Assembly (NCBI GenBank): GCA_011605725.1
Contig: JAAOZP010000017.1
Coordinates: forward strand, 256,001 to 320,000
DNA from: Nitrososphaerota archaeon
Lineage (GTDB): Archaea; Thermoproteota; EX4484-205; JAAOZP01
Reading direction: 5' to 3'
DNA: 64,000 nucleotides
Part shown: in pieces, positions 10,708-20,485 of the stretch
Layout of the letters: each line of letters starts with the position of its first letter
How positions within the stretch are numbered: position 1 is the stretch's first letter
The notes under the pieces: model-generated
What the model saw: the letters and a program-made list of their open reading frames with translations, nothing else
Told to the model about the DNA's origin: nothing
Databases searched by the model: none
Program-made: the position numbers and the translations under genes

Positions 10708-10803
10708 CGGGCCCGCTGGGATTCGAACCCAGGCTCTTCGGCTCCGAAGGCTTGCGTGAGGTTAATCCTCTCGACGCCTTTATCCTGGCTTGGCCACGGG
10801 CCC
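10708..10803 (-). tRNA. tRNA-Arg(UCG) with 20-nt intron (10752-10771) at position 29/30; CCA not encoded
   Basis: Acceptor stem GGGCCCG/CGGGCCC; T-arm CTGGG-TTCGAAT-CCCAG. Removing AGAGGATTAACCTCACGCAA gives the anticodon arm TCGGC-CTTCGGA-GCCGA. A bulge-helix-bulge forms at the junctions. Confidence 0.93.
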
Positions 10804-10825
10804 GTAATATACTTGAGCCTCCTCC

Positions 10826-12349
10826 TTAAATCGTTATCTTTTTGAACACTATTTCAGGCTTTCTTATCCTATGCCCGGGTTCAACTGCAAGCTCCCCTGC
10901 TGAGTCCCATCCATAGTCTTCAGGCAATCCTTCTAGATTGAGAATGTTCCAGATCTTCTCGGATGAGCTTGGCAAGTATGGCCGTAAAACTATGGCTAGT
11001 GTCCTCACAGCGTTCACTGAGATGAACAAAGCGTTTGGGTCCTTGGTTTTCCAGGGCTCCTTAACTTGCAGGAACCTGTTGCACTGGATAGCGAAGTCGG
11101 CAACCTCTTTCAAAGCCTTATCTATCTCGTAATTCTCAAACTTCTCCCTCATTACGCTGGGGAGCCTCCTGATGCTTTCAACAAGCTTTAAGCATTCCTC
11201 ATCCTTCTCGTGGCTCCGCGGCTTAGGCACTTCGCCGCCGTAAAGATTCCAGATGAGCGTTAAAGTTCTGTGAATAAAGTTCCCTATGTTTCCAACAAGC
11301 TCCCCGTTAACCCTTTCAATCAGCGCTTTCTCAGTAAAATCACCATCCTCGAAGAAAGGTATGTCTCTCGCGAGAAAATACCTTACAGCGTCAACCTCAT
11401 ACTTCTCCAGCAGCTTAAACGGGTCGACCGCGGTCCCCCTAGACTTTGAAAGCTTCTCCCCGCCTATAGTTATATACCCGTGGACAAGAATGTGCCTGGG
11501 CAGAGGAATGCCGCATGAGAGCAGTATGCTGGGCCATATTACAGAGTGGAACCAGTTTATGCCTTTTCCAATAAGGTGCACGTCCGCAGGCCAGTACTTC
11601 CTGTATTTCTCCCCGTCTGGGTAGCCTAGGGCTGAAACATAGTTAACCAGCGCGTCGACCCAGACGTATATCTTATGCTTAGGGTCGAAAGGAACGCTGA
11701 CACCCCAGCTTATGCGCGACCTGCTTACCGCTAGGTCCTTAAGGCCCTCGGTTTTTATCCTTGCCAGGATCTCCTGTCTCCTTTTTTCAGGTATGATGAA
11801 CCCGGTCTCCTCTACTAGCTTAAGTATCTGCTTCTCATACTTGCTCAGCCTGAAGAAGTAGCACTCCTCCTCAATATACTCAGGCTCTGTCCCATGCTCT
11901 GGACACTTGCCTTCTACGAGGTCTTTCTCAGTCTTATACTCCTCGCAACCGTAGCAGTATAACCCGCTATAGCTACTCTTATAGATATCCCCGTTTTCAA
12001 ACATTTTCGTGAATATTAGTTGGGAGACTCTCCTGTGTCTATCCTCAGTAGTTCTTATGAAGTCATCGTTAGATATGTTGAATGCTTTACAAAGCTCCTG
12101 AAACCTCTTCGCATTCCTGTCTATAAACTCCTTAACCTCTAAACCAGCCTCCCTTGCCGCCCTCTCGTTCTTCGCAGCATTCTCGTCAGTACCTGTGAGG
12201 AAGAAAACATCCCTGCCGGCAAGCCTGTTCCACCTGGCGATTATGTCTGCGCAAACCTTCTCATACAAGTGTCCTAAATGCGGGTAAGCGTTAACATAGT
12301 CGATCGCAGTCGTTATGTAGAATTTCCCCTGCTTCGAGTTCATCGTCAA
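10826..12349 (-). CDS. metG: Methionyl-tRNA synthetase (short, single-knuckle MetRS1-like, no C-terminal OB domain)
   Basis: YITTAIDYVN..PHLGH, LTGTDE, CYGC..CPEH knuckle, YVWVDAL, KLSKS. Confidence 0.93.
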   Translation of the reverse strand: MTMNSKQGKFYITTAIDYVNAYPHLGHLYEKVCADIIARWNRLAGRDVFFLTGTDENAAKNERAAREAGLEVKEFIDRNAKRFQELCKAFNISNDDFIRTTEDRHRRVSQLIFTKMFENGDIYKSSYSGLYCYGCEEYKTEKDLVEGKCPEHGTEPEYIEEECYFFRLSKYEKQILKLVEETGFIIPEKRRQEILARIKTEGLKDLAVSRSRISWGVSVPFDPKHKIYVWVDALVNYVSALGYPDGEKYRKYWPADVHLIGKGINWFHSVIWPSILLSCGIPLPRHILVHGYITIGGEKLSKSRGTAVDPFKLLEKYEVDAVRYFLARDIPFFEDGDFTEKALIERVNGELVGNIGNFIHRTLTLIWNLYGGEVPKPRSHEKDEECLKLVESIRRLPSVMREKFENYEIDKALKEVADFAIQCNRFLQVKEPWKTKDPNALFISVNAVRTLAIVLRPYLPSSSEKIWNILNLEGLPEDYGWDSAGELAVEPGHRIRKPEIVFKKITI

Positions 12350-12607
12350 AAACCTCTTTTTCAGCCGATTTAACCTTATCGCTGAGCGAGAAACTATTAT
12401 TCGCCACGTGCAGCGAAACGTTGCTACATAGGCTTAATCGTCTTGGCAAGCCGGCTTTCCCAGTTTTCTTAATCTACAGCCTTTAAAACCAGTTTCAGAA
12501 ATATTAATGCCGGGAAGAAGTGGTGCTGAAAAGGAGGCTGAAACCTATTTCAGATATATCCGCGGCGAATTCATTAAAAACCGGCGATTTATCGACATCT
12601 TTTAATT

Positions 12608-13345
12608 TTATAGAGCAACATCTAGAACCATCATCGTGATGAATCCTACTACCATGAACAGCATCGTATCCTTACCGAAGCCGCTTGAATGCGCTTCAGG
12701 AATCATCTCGCTACCTATAACATATATCATCGCCCCTGCTCCGAAAGCCAGGAAGAAGGGGAGCAGCCATTGGAAAACTTGTACTAGGAGGGCGCTCAGT
12801 AGGGCTCCCAAGGGTTCAACAACTCCTGATAAAAATCCGAGAAGAACTGCTCTACTCCTGCTCTTGCCGAGCTTCAGGAAGGGTATTGAAACAGAAGCCC
12901 CCTCAGGAAAATCCTGAATAGCTATTCCCGAGGTCAGGGCCCAAGCAGCCTTAAGGTTTCCAGACCCGAATACGACGCCGACAGAAAAGCCCTCTGGTAA
13001 ATTGTGTAGAGTTACTGCAGCTATTATTTTCCTAAGCCTCCCAGCCTTCTCGTCTTCAATCTCCTTCAAAGGATGCTCATGCGGCACGAATACATCGGAT
13101 CCATACATCAGTAGAGATCCCGCTAGGAAACCGATGCTGGAGACAATTATCCCGCCTGTCTCTAACGCGGGTTGGAGTAGGCTGAAGAAGGATGCTGCCA
13201 TCATTATTCCTATTGAGAACCCGAAGAAACAGTCTAGGCTTCTACCTGATAAACCTGTCTTAAAGAAAGCTATCGTTGCACCTAATCCCGTAACAACTGA
13301 GCATACGAACCCGCCGAGGAAAGCGTTAATCAATATGTCGAACAT
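12608..13345 (-). CDS. ZIP (GufA/ZupT-like) metal transporter
   Basis: LHNLPEG, IQDFPEG, PHEH loop, EMIPEAH, multiple TM helices. Confidence 0.9.
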   Translation of the reverse strand: MFDILINAFLGGFVCSVVTGLGATIAFFKTGLSGRSLDCFFGFSIGIMMAASFFSLLQPALETGGIIVSSIGFLAGSLLMYGSDVFVPHEHPLKEIEDEKAGRLRKIIAAVTLHNLPEGFSVGVVFGSGNLKAAWALTSGIAIQDFPEGASVSIPFLKLGKSRSRAVLLGFLSGVVEPLGALLSALLVQVFQWLLPFFLAFGAGAMIYVIGSEMIPEAHSSGFGKDTMLFMVVGFITMMVLDVAL

Positions 13346-13410
13346 GAGGCTGAAATGACGTGGAGGATGTAAAAAATCTTATCCAAACTTTTTATGCTTA
13401 TACCGAGGTT

Positions 13411-13881
13411 TTAGCGTGTTAAGCTCTTTAAGTCTAATAAGCAGGCTTCAGCATGGCCTTTTGGGTTAACTCTTCTATAGATTTTAACTATTCTCCCGTC
13501 TTCACTTATTAGAAAGGTTGTTCTAACGACACTTCTATACGGTGCTTCTTTGTTCACAGGCTCTTCTAAAACGCCATACTTCTTCAAAACCTTGCCTTCA
13601 GGGTCGCTTAGAAGAATGAATGGAATATTGTTCTCCACTTTAAATTTCCTATGAGATTCCACATCGTCCATGCTTATTCCTATTATAACAGTGTCCTCCT
13701 TTCTGAACTTCTCATAGAGCTTGCTGAACTCCCTAGCCTCTTGAGTACATCCTGAGGTCCCATCTTTTGGATAAAAATAGAGCACTACCCTCCTTCCACG
13801 AAAATCTTTAAGGGATACCTTTTCACCATCGTCTGAGACAAGGTTGAAGTCGGGAGCAAAATCTCCTATATTCAACGACAT
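13411..13881 (-). CDS. bcp: Peroxiredoxin, Bcp/PrxQ family
   Basis: APDF.L, VLYFYPKDGTSGCTQEA, RTTFLI. Confidence 0.9.
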   Translation of the reverse strand: MSLNIGDFAPDFNLVSDDGEKVSLKDFRGRRVVLYFYPKDGTSGCTQEAREFSKLYEKFRKEDTVIIGISMDDVESHRKFKVENNIPFILLSDPEGKVLKKYGVLEEPVNKEAPYRSVVRTTFLISEDGRIVKIYRRVNPKGHAEACLLDLKSLTR

Positions 13882-13948
13882 CACCTAAGCAGGTATTGCT
13901 CAAAAACGATATAAGTGTTATACGAAAAAAGAGCTTAAAATGTTCCCA

Positions 13949-14506
13949 CTAGAAACCCGAGTACTTGTCCCTAGGCGCATTGCATACAGGACACCTCTCT
14001 GGAGGCTCTTCCCCAACATACGTGTGTCCACATGTTTGACATATCCAAACCTTGCCTTTCAAAGGCCAGTCTTTCTTTTGATCGACGTAGCCCTTAGCCT
14101 CCTTATATAGCTGAGAATGGATCTTCTCAGCCTCGTATGCCCATTTAAAGCTTAGCTCCGCAGCCTTCTCTCCCTGAAACTTCGCTACCTCCATGTAAGT
14201 CGGGTACATCTCATTAACCTCATAATCCTCTCCCATTATTCCAAGATCAAGGTTTTTAGAAGTATCCCCTGGTCCAGTTGGCGTTCCAGCAGAGACCTTA
14301 AAATCCTCTTTGTAATTCTTAAGCTTATCATAATGGTTCCTAGCATGAACGAACTCTGCAAAAGCTATTGCTTTAAACAGCCTGGCAACATTAGGAAACT
14401 TCTCGTGTTCAGCTATTTCTGCAAAAATCAAGTACCTCATATGCGCCATCGACTCTCCTGCAAAAGCGTTAAGCAGCGAATCCCTAGTAATGGGCCTCAT
14501 GGTCAT
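13949..14506 (-). CDS. rbr: Rubrerythrin
   Basis: AFAGESMA..RY, AEFVHA, GEDYE..MY, AEKIH, C-terminal CQTCG..CPVC. Confidence 0.93.
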   Translation of the reverse strand: MTMRPITRDSLLNAFAGESMAHMRYLIFAEIAEHEKFPNVARLFKAIAFAEFVHARNHYDKLKNYKEDFKVSAGTPTGPGDTSKNLDLGIMGEDYEVNEMYPTYMEVAKFQGEKAAELSFKWAYEAEKIHSQLYKEAKGYVDQKKDWPLKGKVWICQTCGHTYVGEEPPERCPVCNAPRDKYSGF

Positions 14507-14547
14507 GAAAACACTATTTCAATATTTAAGCATTATCCGAAAAAAAA

Positions 14548-14955
14548 TTAATCAGCCGCTGATTTCCAACCTGCTTGAAAAACATTTTTACAGATACTGC
14601 ATCTGGATACATTAATGTTTGGATTAATCTTCTTATGGTTTGTACAGAAATATTTTCTCGACAAAAAATATACTACCATTTTAGATACTTCTTCCTGAAT
14701 CGTGTATTCATCCATCTCCATTCGAACTATTTTATCCGCCAGCTTCTTAACCATATTCTGAAAATCTTTGAATTTCGTAGTTTTTACAAATACACCTCTC
14801 TCATCATTTAGATATCTGGAAACTGCTGATCGCGACAGGTTAAGAAGCTCGGCAGCGTTTTTCCTAGACATCCCTTTTTTAACGAGTTCTCTTGCAAGCG
14901 CGTTTCTTATGGACGGGACCACGTATCTATAGGCCAACTCGAAAACATTATCCAT
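14548..14955 (-). CDS. Archaeal HTH transcriptional regulator with C-terminal C-x2-H...C-x2-C motif
   Basis: E...RYVVPSIR..LARELV..GMS...AA.LL.LSRSAVSRYL..RG, and FCTNH..CSIC. Confidence 0.8.
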   Translation of the reverse strand: MDNVFELAYRYVVPSIRNALARELVKKGMSRKNAAELLNLSRSAVSRYLNDERGVFVKTTKFKDFQNMVKKLADKIVRMEMDEYTIQEEVSKMVVYFLSRKYFCTNHKKINPNINVSRCSICKNVFQAGWKSAAD

Positions 14956-14957
14956 TG

Positions 14958-16292
14958 TTAAACCACGGTTATTCTCTTCTTCACTTCCTCAGGGTTATTA
15001 ACGACCCCCGTCAGGTCTTCGACTATTTCGACAGACCCTATATACTTACCCTCCCTACTCTTAACAGGTACTATCAATACTCTTATCACTCTGTCTCCCA
15101 TCTTGGTCCAAAATTCTCTATGTCCTGATTCTCGCTTAACTTCATCAACCGTTTTCTTAACGATGCTTTCAAGCCTCGGAGGATGGCAGTATTCGAGCCT
15201 TCTGCCTATTATCGTTTTCGTTCTAACAAAACCCTTATGCAGGAAGCTTTCACTGAAAAATTTAACCCTATCGTCAGAGTTTGCAAAGGTTATCTCTAAT
15301 GGCAGTGCCTTGAATACGGCCTTAATCTCTTCAGTATCCAGGAAACCTGTATCAAGATCAATGTCACCGGCACCCTTAACAACGTATGAGTCGGGATTGA
15401 TTCCTTGAGAAGTAATCATCATCCTGAACTCTGGCGGAAGCGAATCAACTTTCTCCCGAGACAGACCCGTATCCGCTTCATACGGCAGAATTGGTTTCGC
15501 ATTAATACTCAATTTTTCACCCTTGGTTTCAACAATATACCCAATCTTTTCGGCAATAGTAGATATGGCCGCCCATTCTCCTTCACTGAGCAGGGTTTGA
15601 ACCGTTGGATAAAGGATCTTGTTCTCCCTGAAAACCAGCTCTGAAATTTCTCTAGCCAGCTCCAAAGCCCTGTTTCCCATTTCAGTGATAAGCACTGGAT
15701 CAAACCTGTTCTCCAACCTATCTAGAAACTCTAATAGCTGCCTCAGCTTAGTCCTTACTTGATCCTCCCTCCCCCATAAAACCCTTGTTGGAGCTATTAT
15801 ACCTCTCCTCTCCAAATACGGGAATATAAGCATCTGAATCTTCCGGTAATGAAGCTTAATATTCATCAGTTTAAGAACAACGTCTTTAATTCTGGCTACG
15901 ATGTTTTTTGCATCTGAACCACTTTCCTCTTGACTTTTAAGCAGTGCAGAAGCGTAGACGGCTAGAATCTCGGATTGTTTAAGTATCAGATCATTCTCTC
16001 TTAATAATAAGTCTAAAGGATGACCTTTTGGAATATCTTTAATTTCTCTAGAATTGAGAGTATCTTTGAAGAGCTCGACGTGAAGATCACATAAATTCAA
16101 TATCTCCTCTATTCTTACACCCTCCTTAACCAACTGTTGCTCTATTAAAGGTATTTCGAAGGGAGATATTGCTGAAATGATGCGTTTATACTTATCCTTA
16201 AGCTCTTCTATGCTCTTACCCGAATGTAGCTCCTTTAGAATTTCTACAACACTCTTCGCTTTCATGTTTAAATCCAAATCATTAGTTGACAT
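14958..16292 (-). CDS. DUF438 / hemerythrin-like / PAS domain protein
   Basis: LCDLHVELF, GHPL..L.REN, HYRK..LIFPYLE, EN.ILYP, and a C-terminal PAS domain with LPLEITF..DRVKFFS and YCHPP. Confidence 0.85.
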   Translation of the reverse strand: MSTNDLDLNMKAKSVVEILKELHSGKSIEELKDKYKRIISAISPFEIPLIEQQLVKEGVRIEEILNLCDLHVELFKDTLNSREIKDIPKGHPLDLLLRENDLILKQSEILAVYASALLKSQEESGSDAKNIVARIKDVVLKLMNIKLHYRKIQMLIFPYLERRGIIAPTRVLWGREDQVRTKLRQLLEFLDRLENRFDPVLITEMGNRALELAREISELVFRENKILYPTVQTLLSEGEWAAISTIAEKIGYIVETKGEKLSINAKPILPYEADTGLSREKVDSLPPEFRMMITSQGINPDSYVVKGAGDIDLDTGFLDTEEIKAVFKALPLEITFANSDDRVKFFSESFLHKGFVRTKTIIGRRLEYCHPPRLESIVKKTVDEVKRESGHREFWTKMGDRVIRVLIVPVKSREGKYIGSVEIVEDLTGVVNNPEEVKKRITVV

Positions 16293-16381
16293 GTGTCAAC
16301 ATTATCTGGTCGGCTTATAAGTGTTTCCCGAAAAACAACATGATGAAAACGCTTATAATTCTCTTTAACGCCCCGATCTGT

Positions 16382-16927
16382 ATGAATGTTCATGATGCAA
16401 TAGAAAATAGGAGGGCTTATCGTGCTATTGAACCGATAAGCGTTTCCGAAGGGCTTATTGAGGATCTTGCTTACCATGCTTCATTAGCCCCGTCGTGTTA
16501 CAATAATCAACCTTGGAGGTTTGTGTTTGTAAAGAGTCGTGAAAAGCTTGAAGAATTATATAAGGCGCTGTCAACCGGGAATAGTTGGGCTAAAAAATCA
16601 TCTTTAATCGTGGCTGTTTACTCTGAGAAGAATTACGATTGTGTTTCAAACGGGCGCGAGTATTATCTTTTTGATACAGGGATGGCTGTTGCATTCCTTA
16701 TTCTAAGGGCGACTGAGCTTGGATTGGTTGCCCATCCGATTGCAGGCTATGAGCCTGAGAAGGTTAGGAATGCCTTGGGAATTAATAAGGAGGCAACTAT
16801 AATCACTTTACTCATAATGGGAAAGCATTCTGAGAAAGCTATTGCCGATCTTTCAAGTAAACAAAGGTCTGCAGAATTAAATAGGCCCCTTCGAAAGGAT
16901 TTTGAAGAAATCGCACGAATCCTTTAG
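16382..16927 (+). CDS. Nitroreductase family protein
   Basis: AIENRRAYR, LAPSCYNNQPWRFV, FDTGMA...L.ATELGL. ATG at 16382 preferred over the upstream start. Confidence 0.9.
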   Translation: MNVHDAIENRRAYRAIEPISVSEGLIEDLAYHASLAPSCYNNQPWRFVFVKSREKLEELYKALSTGNSWAKKSSLIVAVYSEKNYDCVSNGREYYLFDTGMAVAFLILRATELGLVAHPIAGYEPEKVRNALGINKEATIITLLIMGKHSEKAIADLSSKQRSAELNRPLRKDFEEIARIL

Positions 16928-17091
16928 AAGCAGACCAGGGGCGCTAAATATCTGTGCTTGCCGCTTTACTCCTATTTGACTTTTTAGAGGCCTAATCTAA
17001 AGAAGAAGTATATTAAACCCATCTGTTTAGGCGTTCTGCTGCACAGACGTAAAAACATTTAAACACTGAAAATATTTCTTAGACCCTATAA

Positions 17092-19497
17092 ATGAGCGTA
17101 AAAACAGGTCCTAAGATAACGGAGAAAAGATGGTCTCCTGAGATCGAGGAGGAGCTCATAAAGCTCTGGGAGAAGGAGGGTCTGTACAGGTTTGACCCAA
17201 GTAGACCAGGCGAGATATACACTATAGACACTCCTCCGCCCTATATCTCAGCCAAGTGGCACGTGGGGAGCGCGGCTCACTACACTGGAATAGACATGGT
17301 TGCCAGGTATAAGAGGCTCCTAGGCTATAACGTGCACTTTCCGATTGGTTGGGATAGAAACGGTCTGCCCGTGGAAGTAATAGTTGAGAGACAGTACAAT
17401 ATTAGGGTGAAAGATGTTGAAAGAGAGTATTTCATAAATCTATGCAAGCAGGCTCTTGACAGGGTTGAGGCTGAGGTTATAAATCAGGCTAGGAGGCTTG
17501 GACTAAGCTGCGACTTTGAAAACATGTATAGGACTGATTCCCCAGAGTATAGGAGCCTTACTCAGGAGACTTTCATAGAGCTTTGGAGACGGGGCTTAAT
17601 ATATGAGTCTGAAAGACCTACGAATTGGTGTCCAAGATGCGGTACAGCTATTGCGGATGCTGAGGTAGAGTATGTTGAAACAATGTCTAGGCTTTTCTAC
17701 ATTCTTTTCAAGGTTAAGGAGATCGGTGGGGATGTTCAAATAGCGACGACTAGGCCTGAGCTTCTGGCTGGCTGCGATGCTGTAATATTCAATCCGGCGG
17801 ATGAACGGTATTTCTGGCTTGAGGGGAAAACGCTGATAGTTCCGATCTATGGTAAGGAGGTTAGGGTTTTCGCAAACAGCTATGCTAAACCGGATTTCGG
17901 CACGGGGCTGGTGATGATTTGCAGTTACGGCGATACTTCCGACATAAGGCTGTTCCGGGAGCTAGGCTTAAAGCCAACCAGGGTGATAAACGAGAATGCC
18001 ACTTTAACGGAGGAAGCCGGTTTTCTGAAGGGTTTGAGCGTTGAGGAGGCAAGAAGGAGGATCGTGGAGGAGCTTTCCAGAAGAGGTTTACTCGTTAAGG
18101 CCGAAGAGGTTTCGCAAAGAGTCCCCGTGTGTTGGAGGTGTCAGACACGCTTAGAGTTCGTTGAGATGAGCGAGCTTTATCTTAAGCAGGAGGAGTTCAT
18201 AGATAAGGTTAGAGAGGCTTCTAGCAAAATGGTTTTCCACCCTGAGTTCATGAGGCAGATACTGGTTGACTGGATAAACAGCGTGAAAGGAGACTGGCCT
18301 ATTTCCCGAAGAAGGTACTACGCTACTGAGGTCCCTTTATGGTATTGCAGCAAGTGTGGCGAGCCGTATGTCCCTGAGCCTGGGAAATACTATCGTCCTT
18401 GGAAGGATTCTCCTCCTGAGAATGCTAGATGCAGCAAGTGTGGCGGGGCTGACTTTAAAGGTGACGGAAGGGTTCTGGACACCTGGATGGATTCAAGCAT
18501 TTCCCAGCTTTTCGTGACAGGCTACAGGAGGAATGAGGAGCTTTTTAAAAAATCCTGGATATGTTCGCTTAGACCGCAGGGCTATGAGATAATAAGGACT
18601 TGGCTGTACTACTCGATCCTTAGGACTGTTCAGCTTCTTGGCACTCCTCCCTTCAAGGAGGTTAGGATCAGCGGCCTCGGGCTGGATGAGAAGGGTGAGG
18701 CGATGCACAAGTCTAGGGGGAACGTTGTTTTTCCCGACGAGTATATTAAGAAGTACGGGGCTGATGCTTTCAGGTTTTGGGCTGCTTCAGAAGCTAAGCT
18801 TGGCTCGAACTACCGTTTCTCCGAGGAAAGGCTTAAGGGTGCTAGGCTCTTCCTAACCAAGCTGTGGAACATAGGGCGTTTCATATCTTCTTTCGAATAC
18901 TTAGACAGAAAGCCTAGGGAACTGTGTTTCCTGGATAAGCTTGCGTTAAGCGAGCTTAAAAGGGTTTTTGAAGAGGCTAAGAAAGACTATGAATCCCTGG
19001 ATTTCTATGGTCCCTCGAATCTTCTTAGGAACTATGTCTGGAGCTTTTTCGCAGACCATTACCTGGAGGCTGTTAAGCCAAGAGCCTACTTGCAGGGCAC
19101 TAGGGAAGAGGCGGAGTCAGCCTGGTATACTCTCCACAGAGTTCTAAGAGCTTGTCTAGTCGGGCTCTCACCCATCATACCGTTCATAACAGACTACTTG
19201 TTTAGAAACATTTATGGAGAGTCTGTTCTCCACCAGTCTTTCCCAGTGTTTGAGGATGTTGAGCATGTTGAAAACGAGGTTGCAGCACTCTTCATGAATG
19301 TCAACTCAGCTGTCTGGAAGTTTAAGAAAAAGCTTGGCGTTTCCCTAAACGAGGAGATTGGCTACAGGGTTTATGTCCCGGATAGGCTGAAGCCCATGGA
19401 GCATGATTTAGCAAGGATGCATAGGGTTAAAGTGTCTTACGGGTCTCCGAGTGGAGGCTTTGAGGAGGTTGACGGAGTTTTCTTCGAAAAACTCTAG
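17092..19497 (+). CDS. valS: Valyl-tRNA synthetase (archaeal type)
   Basis: IDTPPPY, HVGS (HIGH motif), GWDRNGLP, ATTRPE, WPISRRRYYAT, DTWMDSS, AMHKS (KMSKS variant). Confidence 0.95.
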   Translation: MSVKTGPKITEKRWSPEIEEELIKLWEKEGLYRFDPSRPGEIYTIDTPPPYISAKWHVGSAAHYTGIDMVARYKRLLGYNVHFPIGWDRNGLPVEVIVERQYNIRVKDVEREYFINLCKQALDRVEAEVINQARRLGLSCDFENMYRTDSPEYRSLTQETFIELWRRGLIYESERPTNWCPRCGTAIADAEVEYVETMSRLFYILFKVKEIGGDVQIATTRPELLAGCDAVIFNPADERYFWLEGKTLIVPIYGKEVRVFANSYAKPDFGTGLVMICSYGDTSDIRLFRELGLKPTRVINENATLTEEAGFLKGLSVEEARRRIVEELSRRGLLVKAEEVSQRVPVCWRCQTRLEFVEMSELYLKQEEFIDKVREASSKMVFHPEFMRQILVDWINSVKGDWPISRRRYYATEVPLWYCSKCGEPYVPEPGKYYRPWKDSPPENARCSKCGGADFKGDGRVLDTWMDSSISQLFVTGYRRNEELFKKSWICSLRPQGYEIIRTWLYYSILRTVQLLGTPPFKEVRISGLGLDEKGEAMHKSRGNVVFPDEYIKKYGADAFRFWAASEAKLGSNYRFSEERLKGARLFLTKLWNIGRFISSFEYLDRKPRELCFLDKLALSELKRVFEEAKKDYESLDFYGPSNLLRNYVWSFFADHYLEAVKPRAYLQGTREEAESAWYTLHRVLRACLVGLSPIIPFITDYLFRNIYGESVLHQSFPVFEDVEHVENEVAALFMNVNSAVWKFKKKLGVSLNEEIGYRVYVPDRLKPMEHDLARMHRVKVSYGSPSGGFEEVDGVFFEKL

Positions 19498-20270
19498 GGA
19501 CTAATCATCCTTCTAATCTTATCCAGATAGCTGCAGAACTCCTCCAGGGTGCATGATTTGTTAAGCTGCAGTGAAACATATCCTCCATAGGCATTTGTCT
19601 TCAGCGTTTTAAACACTTTCTCTACAAAGTTTTTCTCACCGTTTTCTAAACAGGCTTCACTTACTGTCACATGGTTCACCAGGGGAACCAGTTTCTCAAG
19701 CATTTTCTCATTAAGCTTACTAAGGCTTTCTAAGTCAAGAGTTAGCCCTATCGTCTCCGACCCAATGTCTTCAATCATGGCTGCCAGCCTATCCATGTTA
19801 GAGTAAGCCTCCTTATCCGTGCTTATGCTTATCTCAACATTGTTCTTCTCAGCCGAGGAAAGAATATTCAGAAGGTTCCTATAGAGAAGTTTAAAATCTT
19901 TTTCACTATATTTTTCTCCACTAACGGGTGTAGCACTCAGCCTCAGCACTCTACAGCCGTTTTCACCGCAGAACTTTATCCAGTTTTTAACATCGTTTAA
20001 ATACTTCTCGTTACTCTTAACATCTCCCCCTAGCAGGTTGAGCTTAAGGTTTAAGACTGCGATACTGCCACCGTTGTTCCTTACCTCGTTGAAAAGCTGT
20101 AGAACCCGCTCCCTGCCTCCAGAATTCGACTCGTCGAGCTCCAGGTTTTTAACACCCTTCTCCAAGCATTTAACCAACGCTTGTTCAAAACCTATGTTCT
20201 CACCAGAGGCCAAGTGGCTTATGCTAGATGTATTAATGCAAATGTTCAATTGATTTCCCACGCCTAACAA
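19494..20270 (-). CDS. Sugar-phosphate isomerase/epimerase-like (xylose-isomerase TIM barrel) protein with degenerate metal sites
   Basis: Family-like segments AEKNNVEISIST, IGSETIGLTLD, LVNHVTVSE, YGGYVSLQ. Confidence 0.65.
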   Translation of the reverse strand: MLGVGNQLNICINTSSISHLASGENIGFEQALVKCLEKGVKNLELDESNSGGRERVLQLFNEVRNNGGSIAVLNLKLNLLGGDVKSNEKYLNDVKNWIKFCGENGCRVLRLSATPVSGEKYSEKDFKLLYRNLLNILSSAEKNNVEISISTDKEAYSNMDRLAAMIEDIGSETIGLTLDLESLSKLNEKMLEKLVPLVNHVTVSEACLENGEKNFVEKVFKTLKTNAYGGYVSLQLNKSCTLEEFCSYLDKIRRMISP

Positions 20271-20485
20271 GTTTCAACACGAATGTTTAACATTCCTCTC
20301 CCCATGTCTGTGAACTGCAGGTTTTACTGTGACGCTTCTCTAGAGGTTTGCTTACGCTACGCTTTTTCGAAGACGGGTTATCCGTATATGCTCCGCTTAC
20401 CATGTTCTGAGCGAGAGATTTATTAGCCACTCTTATTTTAAGCTTTTCCTCCCGCGAGAGGATTCTGCGGAAGATGAAACACGCG

